A stretch of DNA of 64,000 bases. Source: Promethearchaeota archaeon. GTDB taxonomy: Archaea; Asgardarchaeota; Lokiarchaeia; Sigyniarchaeales; SOKP01. The position numbers and the translations under genes are program-made. Below, piece by piece: positions 32,192 to 42,953 of the stretch; the stretch's first letter is position 1, and each line of letters starts with the position of its first letter. The stretch lies in the NCBI GenBank assembly GCA_016840085.1, contig JAEOTA010000004.1:224001-288000 (forward strand), read 5' to 3'. The notes beneath the pieces are model-generated. The model was not told where the DNA came from. It ran no database searches and saw nothing but the letters and a program-made list of their open reading frames with translations.

Positions 32192-35100
32192 CTAAAAACT
32201 AAAAATAAGTTGTAAAACAAACAAAACTCCAAAGCTAATAAATGCGATAAAAAGAGTGATAAGAGTGTAAAATCTCCATTTAATAGAAAGTTTTTCTCTT
32301 TCTTCTTTTCTTCCCATATATACTAAAGTAATTGTACCAATTACGGCGATTGATATAAAAACAGTGAAAATATACCAAACAGGTGTGATATATATAAATA
32401 AAAATGCTATAACACTACCCCAACCATACGATAACCTTAATACTCTTCTTTTAAATATAACATCTGGATCAGTTGATTTAGCATAAGGAACAACTAGAAT
32501 TAAAAATGCAAAAATCGCAATCGTCAATAAAGTCGGATGAATCGGACCTAATAAAATACTTAGAAATAGTTCAGATAACAGAATACCAAGAAATACCGCC
32601 ACAAAAGCGCTAAATGTTATCCATATAGATTTGAAATGAGTCTTTAAAAAACCAAAAACTATTTTAAACACATCATTTATCAATTGCTTGATTTTTCTGA
32701 AGAATTTAATAAGAATTTCAACAAAATTATTGAAAAGTTCACGTAATTCTTCTAATAGAAATACAAAAGGATATATAAGCATTGTTATGAAAAGAATTGC
32801 TCCACTAAGTTCATAAGATAATGATACGTGATATAGTATTGAACTTAATAATGAGAAAAACGCTAGCCAAAAAGCAAAAGCCTTAAAAGAATGTTCTTTA
32901 AACGGTTTAACTATTATACCTAAAAACACTACAAATAATGATAGAGCTACGCTTATATTTAAGAAGAAATTGGTGTTTGGGACAAATCCTAAGAGTATGT
33001 GAACATCGACTGAAAGAAAAACTCCAATTGTCAAAAAGGAAATCTTTCTAAGACTTGATAATGATTTGTCTTCAAAAACACCTACATATTTATCAATACA
33101 AGTTAAAATGAAAAAGATTATACACGATAGTATTATTAGATTTAGAGCACGCAATGGATCTAAAGTAAGATAAAATAGTGGCCATATACCAAAGTCCAAG
33201 TATAAGATCATTAATAGAAAAAACCTAATTTTCTTTTTATTTGAGATTATATACTTTGAAAAATCTAATAGATTAAAAAGATAGGCTGTCTCAATTATTA
33301 AGATAAAAATTATAAGGGGTATAGATGTAAATAACAATTGAATGAATAAAGCAACATAGAACCAAATTAAGTAAGTTGTGGTAAAGATCATTATGAATAT
33401 CCACGATATAAATCTAAAGTAATTTGCTAATTTTCCTAAAAGTTTCACTAAGAATATATCAAGTATCATTAGAACATGAACCATCAAGCTTAAACTTAAA
33501 AATACTAATTGGGGATCAATTTCTAATAAAATCAGACCTTGGAGCAAAAGGAAAAATAGATTGAAATAAAAACATATTCCTAATACATGAGTTATATACG
33601 CTCTGTATTTAATGAGAGCTTCAGTTTTATCTGGATAAAGATGATTCAAAGCTTTAAACAAGGAATAATTTGTGTAAACTTGCATAATTATAAAAATCAT
33701 GAATTCTAAACTAAGCAATACGGGATAATGTAAAATATACTGATTAATACTTAGAAGTGTAAATAATGAGATTGCAAAATAACTTATTGTATGTATGAAA
33801 TTTCCATAACTTTTTTCAATCTTCTTTAGGATATGTATATCTAAAAACGTTAAAATGAACAATATTAGTTGTGAAATGATTATACTTTCAAAAACACCTA
33901 TTATTTCAGTTAATAACCCAAATATCATTAAACTAATTTCTATATACAATATCAAAATCAATAAAGAATAGAATTTCGTTCTGAATTCTGGAAACTTTTC
34001 TTTAGTGAAAATAAAATCAATATAATTAATTGTTATAAACGAAATACATGTTTCAATTAAAACTAACGAAAAGATGAAGAAAAAGTCTAATACATTATAT
34101 ATAATTAAAATTAATATCCAATTAATGGCGAGAAATCCTTGAAAACACAAAATTAGGATCAATTCAATTCGTTTTTTTACTCTTTCTTCCACTTTAATGA
34201 AAAAGTAGCTTAAAATAAATAATAAAAGAGAAGCATTTTGGGCAAATAATGAATAATATGCTAATTGTTCTAAATTTTGAAACAATAATAATAAGCCATC
34301 AGATATTAAGGAAGCTAAGTAAAAAGATCCCCAAATAAATGTATTATAATAGAGTATTAAACGATAAATAGAAATTTGTTGACGTGAGATATCTAAATAA
34401 GATAAAAAGTATATAGAAATAAGATTCAACACTGAAATTGTTAAAAATAATAGAAATAAATTTAAATGAGAATGATATAAGAAAACGGATAGAGTATTAC
34501 AAAATATGAACCATGATAAAACTATGAATTTGTTTCGTGTTGAATTGAATAAATAATAGAAACTATGTCTATCGATGATGAATGTTTCGAAAAATAAACC
34601 TCCACTTAAAATTAAAACAAATAGATAAATTGATATGACACGATTTAAATCTATAAAAATTAAATAAAGTAAAAAGTTAAGACTTAAACCAATGGGAATA
34701 ATTAGATATAGTATTAAGGAAATCTTATTAACATAGAGAAGTGGGTCTTGTACTTTAAATTCGATTTCAGATTTGATTATAAATCTTAAACATAATAAGA
34801 AGAGAATAGACCAAATTATAAGAAAATCCGTAATTTGATAAATTACTAATATTTGGGTGAATAAAAATTGCCTTAAAATAATTGGTAAGATAATCCCAAT
34901 GAATAAAGAGAGGAGTAAAGAATTAAGGATATAGCATGTAAAATTAAGCCATTTTATCTGATTTTTATCTTCATATAATTTCATAATACTATTTTTAATT
35001 TCGGCTTGCTCCTCTTTCACTAAATTTTTAAAAAGATTAGTCAAAATTTGGAAACATGTTAAATACAAAAGAGCCCATGTTAGATACCAATAAGGTCTAA

Positions 35101-38100
35101 TTACTTCAAGAATTAAAAGTAGTTCTAAAATAGGTAATGTAATAGGAATTGGAATTAAGAACCAGAGAACATATCGATATTCCGTTATTAAGAAATAGAT
35201 AAAGAAAATGAAGACAATTGAGAAAATTGTAATAAAAATTCCAATTGAAACTTTAAAAAGAGTTAAGAAGAGTAATGATATTGAAGATGAGGCTCCAATG
35301 GTAACAATTAAATAAGGAATTACTTTATTAATTGGAATGTTCATCTTGAAATGATTAAAAACAAAAAAGGAAGTACCAAAGACGGTTAATGCAAGAAAAA
35401 AGGAAAATAATAAAAATCCCTGAAATAAACTGAATGTGTTGAAGGTTAACCAAGAAAAACCTAATATTAATAACCAAGAAAGACATAAATCTATAAGTCT
35501 TTTATGTAATTTTAAATATTTATTAGAAAAGAGACTTAAACCTACAACAATTAAGCTAATATTAATTGAAAATATTGGATTTAATATTATAGAATATAAT
35601 ACAAAATATACTGTTAAAAATATACCCGTTAAAATTGTGAAATAAGCTATAATTAATATAAAACCTATTGACCTTATGTTCGGAAAAAAAGAATAAACAA
35701 TTAAGCACAATCCAATTATTAATATATCTATTGAACTCGCAATTTCTAATGAAATCTTTATTGACATCAAGTAAAACTGCCAAAAAGAAGCATTTATTAA
35801 TATTAATATTAACCATATTATTGAAGCAATTTTCCAATATTTAAAAATAGCGAATACAGGGAATAATAAAACTACAGAAAATAGAATAAAAGACATATTT
35901 CTGAGTAAATGATTAGCAATAAATAGATTTTGGCTAATCCAATACAATAAAAATAGACTTTCAGCCCATATAACAAATATAATATGAAAAAAATATTTCT
36001 TTATTTTAGTATATAATACAGGTAAGAACATTAGAGAGCATATTATTATACTGATAATTAAAGAACCATTAAAATCATAAATTCCGAATAAATTTAACGA
36101 ATTTGTAGCTATATCTATACCTGTTAGCCCTTTATATATTATGTAAAAATTTGCAAAGGGTATAATTATCCAAGCGTACCAACCTGATTTCCAAATCATC
36201 CAAGAAATCTTCCACTGATATATTCCTATAGAGATATAAAAAAGAAGAACACTTAGGTTAATAGCGATAATGATTGGAATAGGTTCTCCAATTGGAATCG
36301 ATAAAGAAGAGATAATTAAGAAATATATGAATATTGGAAAAGAAAGGATAGGTGATATTAAATTAATAGTAAATGAGATCTTTCTGAATCTTTCAGATGA
36401 TTTTTTGAAAAGAAGGACAAATCCAAATCCGGTTACACTCAGAGTTAAAGTAAAAGTAAGTATAGGATAGAAATCCAAATAAGGGGGATGATTGAAAAGT
36501 AATGAATATGATATAAAACTGATAAAATCGAATATAAACAGTAAAATGCTGGGTTTTATAAACCATTTATAATTTTCATCATTTTCACGATAAAAATGAA
36601 TACCAACCAAAAGTAAAAAGATAAAAACTGAAATCGTTATGGTATAAAGAATCAAAATATTCGTATATGAAATAAGATATACAAATGATAATACCGAGAA
36701 CGATGTATATAATGAGAATTTTTCGAGAAAATTATTTTTCTTAAAATGTAATAAAATTGAGAACAATAAAACTGAAATATAAGTTAGTAAGTATATGTTA
36801 ATAGAAAAACCAATAAAGATAAGATTAAATTCAAAAATAATGTCATAAATATCAAGAAGAGCAATGATTTTTATTAATGTGATAAAACTTAGTAAATGAT
36901 AAGATAAAAATCTAAATATTGGAAATAGACTTCTTTCTGAAAGAATAAGTGTATAAGATAGAATAAAAAGAAAAAGTGAAAGTATAGAGTTGAAGTAAAG
37001 CAAGCTTAAGAATAATAGTATATACAATAGATAAAATCTAAAAATTTTATACTCTGATTCAACATCTATTGCCTTATTAAATTTTAACCAAAGATAACTC
37101 AAAAATAAAACAAGATTAACGATAATCATTGAAATTTGAATTCCGGGATTATTATTAAAGAAGGAGACTGTATTAGATAAAATATAGAATGTTTCGACAT
37201 AAAAGCTTAATAATGAAACAGAAAATAAAATTACGGTTACTTTTTTCATTATTGATTGATTAACTTCGGAAAAAAGATTCAATTTTTTGAAATAAGAGAA
37301 AGTAATGGGGGTTAAAAATGTAAAAGCTAGTATATACAAAACGATTTTTGTGAAAATGGTATAGGAGAATATAAATATGAGAAAAAGACATACTATAATT
37401 TTAGTAAAAAGCCATGAGATAAATTCTAATCCATCTCTAAGCTTCTTAAATTCTACTTTTATAATATATGTAAATGATTTAAGCAAGATTAAAACAAATA
37501 GAAAAAATAGTCCAAGATACCAGACTATATTATACTGTTTCAAAATAGAAGGAAATAAATTCAGAATAGCGCTCTCATGAATTAAGAATATAATTACAAA
37601 TGATAAAGAGAATATAATACCATGTAAAAGACTATCGCGTAAATATTTATGAACTTTTAATTCTTTGGAATAATTAAATAGCAGGATCAAAGTATAAATA
37701 TTTATAACAAAAAATATCAAGAATGAACTGCTAATGATAAAAGGGCTAAAATAATGAAAAGAGAAAATTATAGGTAACTCTAAGATAATAAAGATTGAAA
37801 TTGTTAACCAAGTAAATGTTTGAACTAATTTTAGAAAATTTATACTTCTTTCTTTTAATAAAAACTTGTTAGACAAAAAGATTAAGAATTTTAGAGTTGC
37901 AAAAAATAAAAAAAGAGATATAGTAATAATATGGACGATATGGGCGCTTAAGCCTAATCTTTCTAATTCTAATCCAACAAAACTTGGAATTGAAATAATT
38001 AATCCTGATAGTATTAGGCTATTACCTAATATGACTTTCATAAGGAAATTCTCATTAAATAATCGTTTTTTATAAGAATATACACTTGGTAAATAAAAGA

Positions 38101-40708
38101 AAATTGATGCCGCAATGAAAGGTAAAAGAAACCCATAAAGAGTCCCATATAATAGGAGATAAATATAATAGAAAACAGTCGTTCCAGCTAAGACTACTTC
38201 AATAAAAGCTTGAGTTTTTAGAATCCTCATAGTGTATTTATCTTTCATTTGATAGTGTTTTATTAAATAGTAAGTAAAGGTTAGAATACCAAATACGATA
38301 TATAGTGAATAATTCACTACTGATATGGTATCAATAGGCAATCCTAAACGAAAAAAACGGTCTAAGCCGACAATAGTAGGGATTAATGTTATACACGCTG
38401 CTATTAAAACACAATCTATCAATAAAAGTTTACGTGAAATATTCTCATAAATTTTCTTTTTTAATAAGTAATATATTGGAAAAAATAAAATAGAGAAAAA
38501 ACACATGAAAGGAATTAAAAAAACATACAAAGTGTTAAGTGTGAGAAGAAATGAAATATAATAGGCTAATCCAGCGCTAAAACCTAATGTTATTAAATTT
38601 ATTTTAACGGTCACTGATTTTGAAAACAAAATTTCATTCCTAGAGAATAGGTTAACGAAGAAAGTCATAATTAGTAATGAAAAATAAATGGAAAATACTA
38701 ATTTTAGGTACAAAATTAAGCTTACTAACATAATCGAGTAAAAGAAAAAGAAAAACAAAGCAGTAAGCTCTATCGTCATCAAATAAGAATTTATATCTAC
38801 AAATTTTTTGAATATAGATTCTTTTAATCTTTCTATTTTTAATCCAAATTTTAAGTTAATATAACTAAAAATGGATAAAAATAGTAGATCTAATGTTAAA
38901 ACTATAAAATTATTTAATGAATTAATAAATATTGCCAGAAAAATATTTAAAATTAGTACCCAGAACAAATAATAACTATAGATTAAAAAATCGTTATGAG
39001 AAAATAATCCTATAAGATAATTCACAAATATGAAGAGAATGAAAATTATAGGAAATAATATAGAGGAAACTATTAAGACTTGGAAAAAACTAAATATTTC
39101 AACAATAAAAAATGTCCTTAAATTAATTAAAATAAAAATAAGTAATTCAATCAATAAAATATTTGTAAATACACATATTCTGAAGAGTTTTGAGCGTTTT
39201 GCATAAAAGATTCTAGCGTATAAAATATAAAATGAAAACAATAAAATTATTAGAATAATGGTTGAATGAAGTAAAATATTTGAAAATAATATGATTATTG
39301 GGTCTGATGTAAATCTAATATATTCAAAAATTAAAATGGGAAAGAAAGAGTATGTTATTAAGGAAAAACTGATAACCGCAATTATATTTTGAAATATGAT
39401 GATATCTTCTTTATGGAAATAATCAATTTTAACAAAAATTTGTAGAATTAGATATAAAGATAATAAAAAGACAATAAATTGAATATTTATAAGAAAAACA
39501 GTTGAGATTAGAGGAAGAACTCCAAATGAGATAGATATTAAAATCCCAATTGTATTAAATAAAAATACATATTTATTATACTTCTTAGGACAAAATTCTG
39601 TTTTTTGTTCATAATAAAAGGGAATATAAAGGAAGGGAAGTATCAGTAATATTAAAGTGGGATTATTTATTAAAAAACTGAATAAAACGACGAACAGAAT
39701 TAAGATTCCAGATAAAATTGAACTATTTTTCTGATATTTAATATTTTCTACATTATTTTTAGAATCATTAATTCTTTTCGAAGTCTTATATGTGTTTAAT
39801 TTGTTATTATAATGAAAAAGAATGTAAAATCTGGACTTAAAATAAGCAATTATAAATATTATAGTTAAAAAGGAGCTATTAATTAATTCTAATAAAGTAT
39901 ACTGAACACCTGATAGAATAGATGTAATCATTATAATAAATGGCATTTGAATTAATAAAACGAATATTAGACTCACTACTGAAATAACGAATTTTTGCTT
40001 GAAAACAGTTAGATCTTGTAAAAATACTTTTTTATCTTTAATTTTATCTTTTATTTTACTGCGCTGGATTTTTGTATTGAAATATGTGATGAAATAAAAT
40101 ATTAAATTTGTTATGAGACAAAAAAGCCAAGATAGATTTGTAGAAATAGTAAATGCTAGAAATATGATATGGACGATGTAATTAATTAGAATTATAAAAT
40201 TGTAAGGTTGTTTAATCATTAACCTTAGATTGATTGTATGTTTGAATTCATCCTCATTTATGTCATAAAAACCAATTGGTTGGAAACCATAATAGTAATA
40301 CACAATGTTATAAAGAGCGATAAAGCTAATTAAAGGAAGTTGCACAAATGTATACTCCACAGGGGAAATAATAATAAATATAGGAACAACTATAAAAGAT
40401 AGTATAGAAATTAAAAATAAAACATGAATTCTAGCAACCAGATTGTTTTCCTTATTCACGAAAAAGGATTTATTTCTGTATTTATCAAAAGTTTTATAAA
40501 AAAACAATAACGCAAACATAAAAGTTAAAACTGAAAGAGGTAATGCCAGAAAATTTCCTGCAGGAAAGAGTCTATAAATCCAAAACCCAGTAAAGGCAGT
40601 TGCAAACGGGGCTATAATCAAATAAAAAAAAAACCACCAGAGCTTTTGAAGAAATTCTGTAGCTTTCTTAAGCTTCTCTTCAGAATTACTACTTCTGTCA
40701 GATTTCAT
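32192..40708 (-). CDS. Giant polytopic membrane protein of unknown function (2838 aa)
   Basis: Uninterrupted 8.5-kb ORF of consecutive hydrophobic segments separated by short, often Lys-rich loops. Confidence 0.9.
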   Translation of the reverse strand: MKSDRSSNSEEKLKKATEFLQKLWWFFFYLIIAPFATAFTGFWIYRLFPAGNFLALPLSVLTFMFALLFFYKTFDKYRNKSFFVNKENNLVARIHVLFLISILSFIVVPIFIIISPVEYTFVQLPLISFIALYNIVYYYYGFQPIGFYDINEDEFKHTINLRLMIKQPYNFIILINYIVHIIFLAFTISTNLSWLFCLITNLIFYFITYFNTKIQRSKIKDKIKDKKVFLQDLTVFKQKFVISVVSLIFVLLIQMPFIIMITSILSGVQYTLLELINSSFLTIIFIIAYFKSRFYILFHYNNKLNTYKTSKRINDSKNNVENIKYQKNSSILSGILILFVVLFSFLINNPTLILLILPFLYIPFYYEQKTEFCPKKYNKYVFLFNTIGILISISFGVLPLISTVFLINIQFIVFLLSLYLILQIFVKIDYFHKEDIIIFQNIIAVISFSLITYSFFPILIFEYIRFTSDPIIILFSNILLHSTIILIILLFSFYILYARIFYAKRSKLFRICVFTNILLIELLIFILINLRTFFIVEIFSFFQVLIVSSILFPIIFILFIFVNYLIGLFSHNDFLIYSYYLFWVLILNIFLAIFINSLNNFIVLTLDLLFLSIFSYINLKFGLKIERLKESIFKKFVDINSYLMTIELTALFFFFFYSIMLVSLILYLKLVFSIYFSLLIMTFFVNLFSRNEILFSKSVTVKINLITLGFSAGLAYYISFLLTLNTLYVFLIPFMCFFSILFFPIYYLLKKKIYENISRKLLLIDCVLIAACITLIPTIVGLDRFFRLGLPIDTISVVNYSLYIVFGILTFTYYLIKHYQMKDKYTMRILKTQAFIEVVLAGTTVFYYIYLLLYGTLYGFLLPFIAASIFFYLPSVYSYKKRLFNENFLMKVILGNSLILSGLIISIPSFVGLELERLGLSAHIVHIITISLFLFFATLKFLIFLSNKFLLKERSINFLKLVQTFTWLTISIFIILELPIIFSFHYFSPFIISSSFLIFFVINIYTLILLFNYSKELKVHKYLRDSLLHGIIFSLSFVIIFLIHESAILNLFPSILKQYNIVWYLGLFFLFVLILLKSFTYIIKVEFKKLRDGLEFISWLFTKIIVCLFLIFIFSYTIFTKIVLYILAFTFLTPITFSYFKKLNLFSEVNQSIMKKVTVILFSVSLLSFYVETFYILSNTVSFFNNNPGIQISMIIVNLVLFLSYLWLKFNKAIDVESEYKIFRFYLLYILLFLSLLYFNSILSLFLFILSYTLILSERSLFPIFRFLSYHLLSFITLIKIIALLDIYDIIFEFNLIFIGFSINIYLLTYISVLLFSILLHFKKNNFLEKFSLYTSFSVLSFVYLISYTNILILYTITISVFIFLLLVGIHFYRENDENYKWFIKPSILLFIFDFISFISYSLLFNHPPYLDFYPILTFTLTLSVTGFGFVLLFKKSSERFRKISFTINLISPILSFPIFIYFLIISSLSIPIGEPIPIIIAINLSVLLFYISIGIYQWKISWMIWKSGWYAWIIIPFANFYIIYKGLTGIDIATNSLNLFGIYDFNGSLIISIIICSLMFLPVLYTKIKKYFFHIIFVIWAESLFLLYWISQNLFIANHLLRNMSFILFSVVLLFPVFAIFKYWKIASIIWLILILINASFWQFYLMSIKISLEIASSIDILIIGLCLIVYSFFPNIRSIGFILIIAYFTILTGIFLTVYFVLYSIILNPIFSINISLIVVGLSLFSNKYLKLHKRLIDLCLSWLLILGFSWLTFNTFSLFQGFLLFSFFLALTVFGTSFFVFNHFKMNIPINKVIPYLIVTIGASSSISLLFLTLFKVSIGIFITIFSIVFIFFIYFLITEYRYVLWFLIPIPITLPILELLLILEVIRPYWYLTWALLYLTCFQILTNLFKNLVKEEQAEIKNSIMKLYEDKNQIKWLNFTCYILNSLLLSLFIGIILPIILRQFLFTQILVIYQITDFLIIWSILFLLCLRFIIKSEIEFKVQDPLLYVNKISLILYLIIPIGLSLNFLLYLIFIDLNRVISIYLFVLILSGGLFFETFIIDRHSFYYLFNSTRNKFIVLSWFIFCNTLSVFLYHSHLNLFLLFLTISVLNLISIYFLSYLDISRQQISIYRLILYYNTFIWGSFYLASLISDGLLLLFQNLEQLAYYSLFAQNASLLLFILSYFFIKVEERVKKRIELILILCFQGFLAINWILILIIYNVLDFFFIFSLVLIETCISFITINYIDFIFTKEKFPEFRTKFYSLLILILYIEISLMIFGLLTEIIGVFESIIISQLILFILTFLDIHILKKIEKSYGNFIHTISYFAISLFTLLSINQYILHYPVLLSLEFMIFIIMQVYTNYSLFKALNHLYPDKTEALIKYRAYITHVLGICFYFNLFFLLLQGLILLEIDPQLVFLSLSLMVHVLMILDIFLVKLLGKLANYFRFISWIFIMIFTTTYLIWFYVALFIQLLFTSIPLIIFILIIETAYLFNLLDFSKYIISNKKKIRFFLLMILYLDFGIWPLFYLTLDPLRALNLIILSCIIFFILTCIDKYVGVFEDKSLSSLRKISFLTIGVFLSVDVHILLGFVPNTNFFLNISVALSLFVVFLGIIVKPFKEHSFKAFAFWLAFFSLLSSILYHVSLSYELSGAILFITMLIYPFVFLLEELRELFNNFVEILIKFFRKIKQLINDVFKIVFGFLKTHFKSIWITFSAFVAVFLGILLSELFLSILLGPIHPTLLTIAIFAFLILVVPYAKSTDPDVIFKRRVLRLSYGWGSVIAFLFIYITPVWYIFTVFISIAVIGTITLVYMGRKEEREKLSIKWRFYTLITLFIAFISFGVLFVLQLIFSF

Positions 40709-40827
40709 TTTTTAAAATAAATTAAATGGTATTTTGAAAAAAATAGAAACAAAAATTAATAAATTTATCAGAACTAGCATTTCTTCTTTTTCCCAAAAAA
40801 CACAATTAGAATTGAAAAAAGATGAAA

Positions 40828-42150
40828 TCATTTAAATTTAGGAAGATAATCTTTTTGTATTTGACTCATTTCATTGAACATCTCTTCTGCAATTCCAAAG
40901 CTTCCCACATTAGGATCAGTGGCTAAACACGCAATTGCAAGATCTTTAGATTTATTCAACACAGCATCTACGCATAAATCTTGTATTGAAGCTTCAATGC
41001 GGAGTAAAGCAGCAATATTTCTAGGAATCTTTCCTAATTTAACTCCATGAACACCATTTTTGTTAACTGTTGCTGAACACTCTAAGATTAGATCCTGTGG
41101 TAAATTATCTGTAATATTATCATTAGGAATATTAACTGCAAATTCATAGGAATTTTTATCTGTAATTATTGCCTCGATTATTGGTACTGCTCTTTCTCCA
41201 GAAGTTCTCTCGAATAAAATGCCTTTACTTGGATATCTTCCTCTTTTAAGTCTTTTATGATAGTTGAGATATTTGTAATGAACAAATTGACCCTCATTGT
41301 CTATAAAGTTTATCCAATCAATCATATCCTTGGTTTGTGTGAATTCTTCACCGAATTGTAAGTATTCTCCAACGTGGTTATCGCCAGCATAACAAAACCA
41401 TCCAAATTTTTTAAAAACTTCAAATGTTAGAGTTGAAAATTCAAATCGATGTTCATATCCTCTAAAATAATCAAGAGCTTGTTCATTAAAAGTAGGCATT
41501 AAATCTTTGCCTGTTAATAAATCTTCTAAACTTAATAAGAATGCGAAATGATTTAGGCCACCTACTCCCATTTTTAACTCTCTAATTGATTTTTTAAACA
41601 TGTTGGGTAAATATCCAACTAAAAACGCGATTTGATGGCATAAACCAATAAATTTTAACTCTTTGACACTTCTCTTTATCGCTAGACATACTCGAGATAA
41701 TGGATTGGAAAAATTAATCAAAAAGGCATTTGGGCAAAATTTTTCAGCATCTTTAACAATTTCGACAATTGAAGGGATTATTCTCCAGGCATGAAAAGTC
41801 CCTCCAGGACCTCCGCATTCACCTAATATTTGTGTTGCCCCGTATTTTCTCGGTATTTCATAATCTTGACGCCATAATTCCATTCTATTTCCAACTTCAA
41901 TCGAATTAATAATAAAATCAGCATCTTTAAAGGCTTTAGCTCTGTTTGTTGTTCTTTCAAGATGAAGCTTATTCTTTTGTCTTTCATTTTCAATCTCTAA
42001 AAGATCATAAACCATCTCTAATTTTTTTTTATTTACATCATGAAGTACAACGGTAGAACCTTCTAACAAATCACTTAGAAAAATATCGTTAAACATTGGG
42101 GGACCGAATGATGTCGAACCAGCGCCTACTAGCACAATTTTTGGTTGCAT
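40828..42150 (-). CDS. GH4 NAD-dependent glycosidase (alpha-galactosidase/alpha-glucosidase type)
   Basis: KIVLVGAGS, DADFII, GECGGPGG, NFSNP, IGLCH, GLNH. Confidence 0.9.
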   Translation of the reverse strand: MQPKIVLVGAGSTSFGPPMFNDIFLSDLLEGSTVVLHDVNKKKLEMVYDLLEIENERQKNKLHLERTTNRAKAFKDADFIINSIEVGNRMELWRQDYEIPRKYGATQILGECGGPGGTFHAWRIIPSIVEIVKDAEKFCPNAFLINFSNPLSRVCLAIKRSVKELKFIGLCHQIAFLVGYLPNMFKKSIRELKMGVGGLNHFAFLLSLEDLLTGKDLMPTFNEQALDYFRGYEHRFEFSTLTFEVFKKFGWFCYAGDNHVGEYLQFGEEFTQTKDMIDWINFIDNEGQFVHYKYLNYHKRLKRGRYPSKGILFERTSGERAVPIIEAIITDKNSYEFAVNIPNDNITDNLPQDLILECSATVNKNGVHGVKLGKIPRNIAALLRIEASIQDLCVDAVLNKSKDLAIACLATDPNVGSFGIAEEMFNEMSQIQKDYLPKFK

Positions 42151-42485
42151 GGTTTCAAATTATAAGCTTATAGGATTGAATTATTTATAATATATTTAAA
42201 AAATTGATTGATTTAAAGAGTTTTTAAAATCAAGGTTAACAAAATAAGCAAAATTTTATAATTTTTTGAATTATGGGAAAAAATTAATTTCAGAAATAGC
42301 TTATTTCGAACTTTAAATTAGAGATTAAACAATCTATAAAATCTCTTTTTTCTACATTTTTGATTAAGTAAAAAAGATTATCACATTACTTAATTGTAAA
42401 AAATCTAATATTTAGATATAATGGGAAATCAATGGGTAAAATTTAAATAGATCTTTTCACATTTACTTATTAATGAGTTTTTCAC

Positions 42486-42552
42486 ATAATACTATGGATG
42501 TTTGGTGTAAATTACCTTTACCGACATTTAAGGTAATTATCCGTAGTATTAT
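42486..42552. other. Intergenic two-stem hairpin (candidate structured RNA or DNA element)
   Basis: 42486-42499 pairs with 42539-42552 (14 bp, one G-U); 42510-42518 pairs perfectly with 42530-42538. Confidence 0.6.
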
Positions 42553-42708
42553 TAAGAGAGAATAAATCAAATTTCTTGACCTCTTTCTGATAATTTTTAC
42601 TGATTTGTTCTCTTTTAACACTACATATCAATAATAATTATTCGAAATTGGTCAAAATTAGCATTTAGGACCTCTAGTGAAAAATTTAATTAAAAAAGGA
42701 GGTGAAAA

Positions 42709-42891
42709 ATGCTGGAAAAAGAATCAGATAAAATGGATCTGATATTGGATTATTATAAAGATTGGGATTCTTATAAAACTCCAGTTATGATGATGCTTGA
42801 TAACTCAAAAGAATTTAATGAAAATATAGAAAATGTTGATGAGAGAAGACAGGGATATCTTTGGAGTAAATATAGGAAATTTTCCAAATAA
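42709..42891 (+). CDS. Small hypothetical protein
   Basis: 60-aa ORF preceded by a strong AAGGAGGTGA ribosome-binding sequence. Confidence 0.6.
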   Translation: MLEKESDKMDLILDYYKDWDSYKTPVMMMLDNSKEFNENIENVDERRQGYLWSKYRKFSK

Positions 42892-42953
42892 TAGGAAACT
42901 GTTCCAATCTTTTAAATTTTATTAAAATTTTTTTTAAATTAATTTATTTTCCT

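Noticed and set aside
42486-42552. Hairpin as a Lokiarchaeal SECIS element
   Set aside because: No AUGA/GA core and no adjacent gene with a plausible in-frame Sec UGA.
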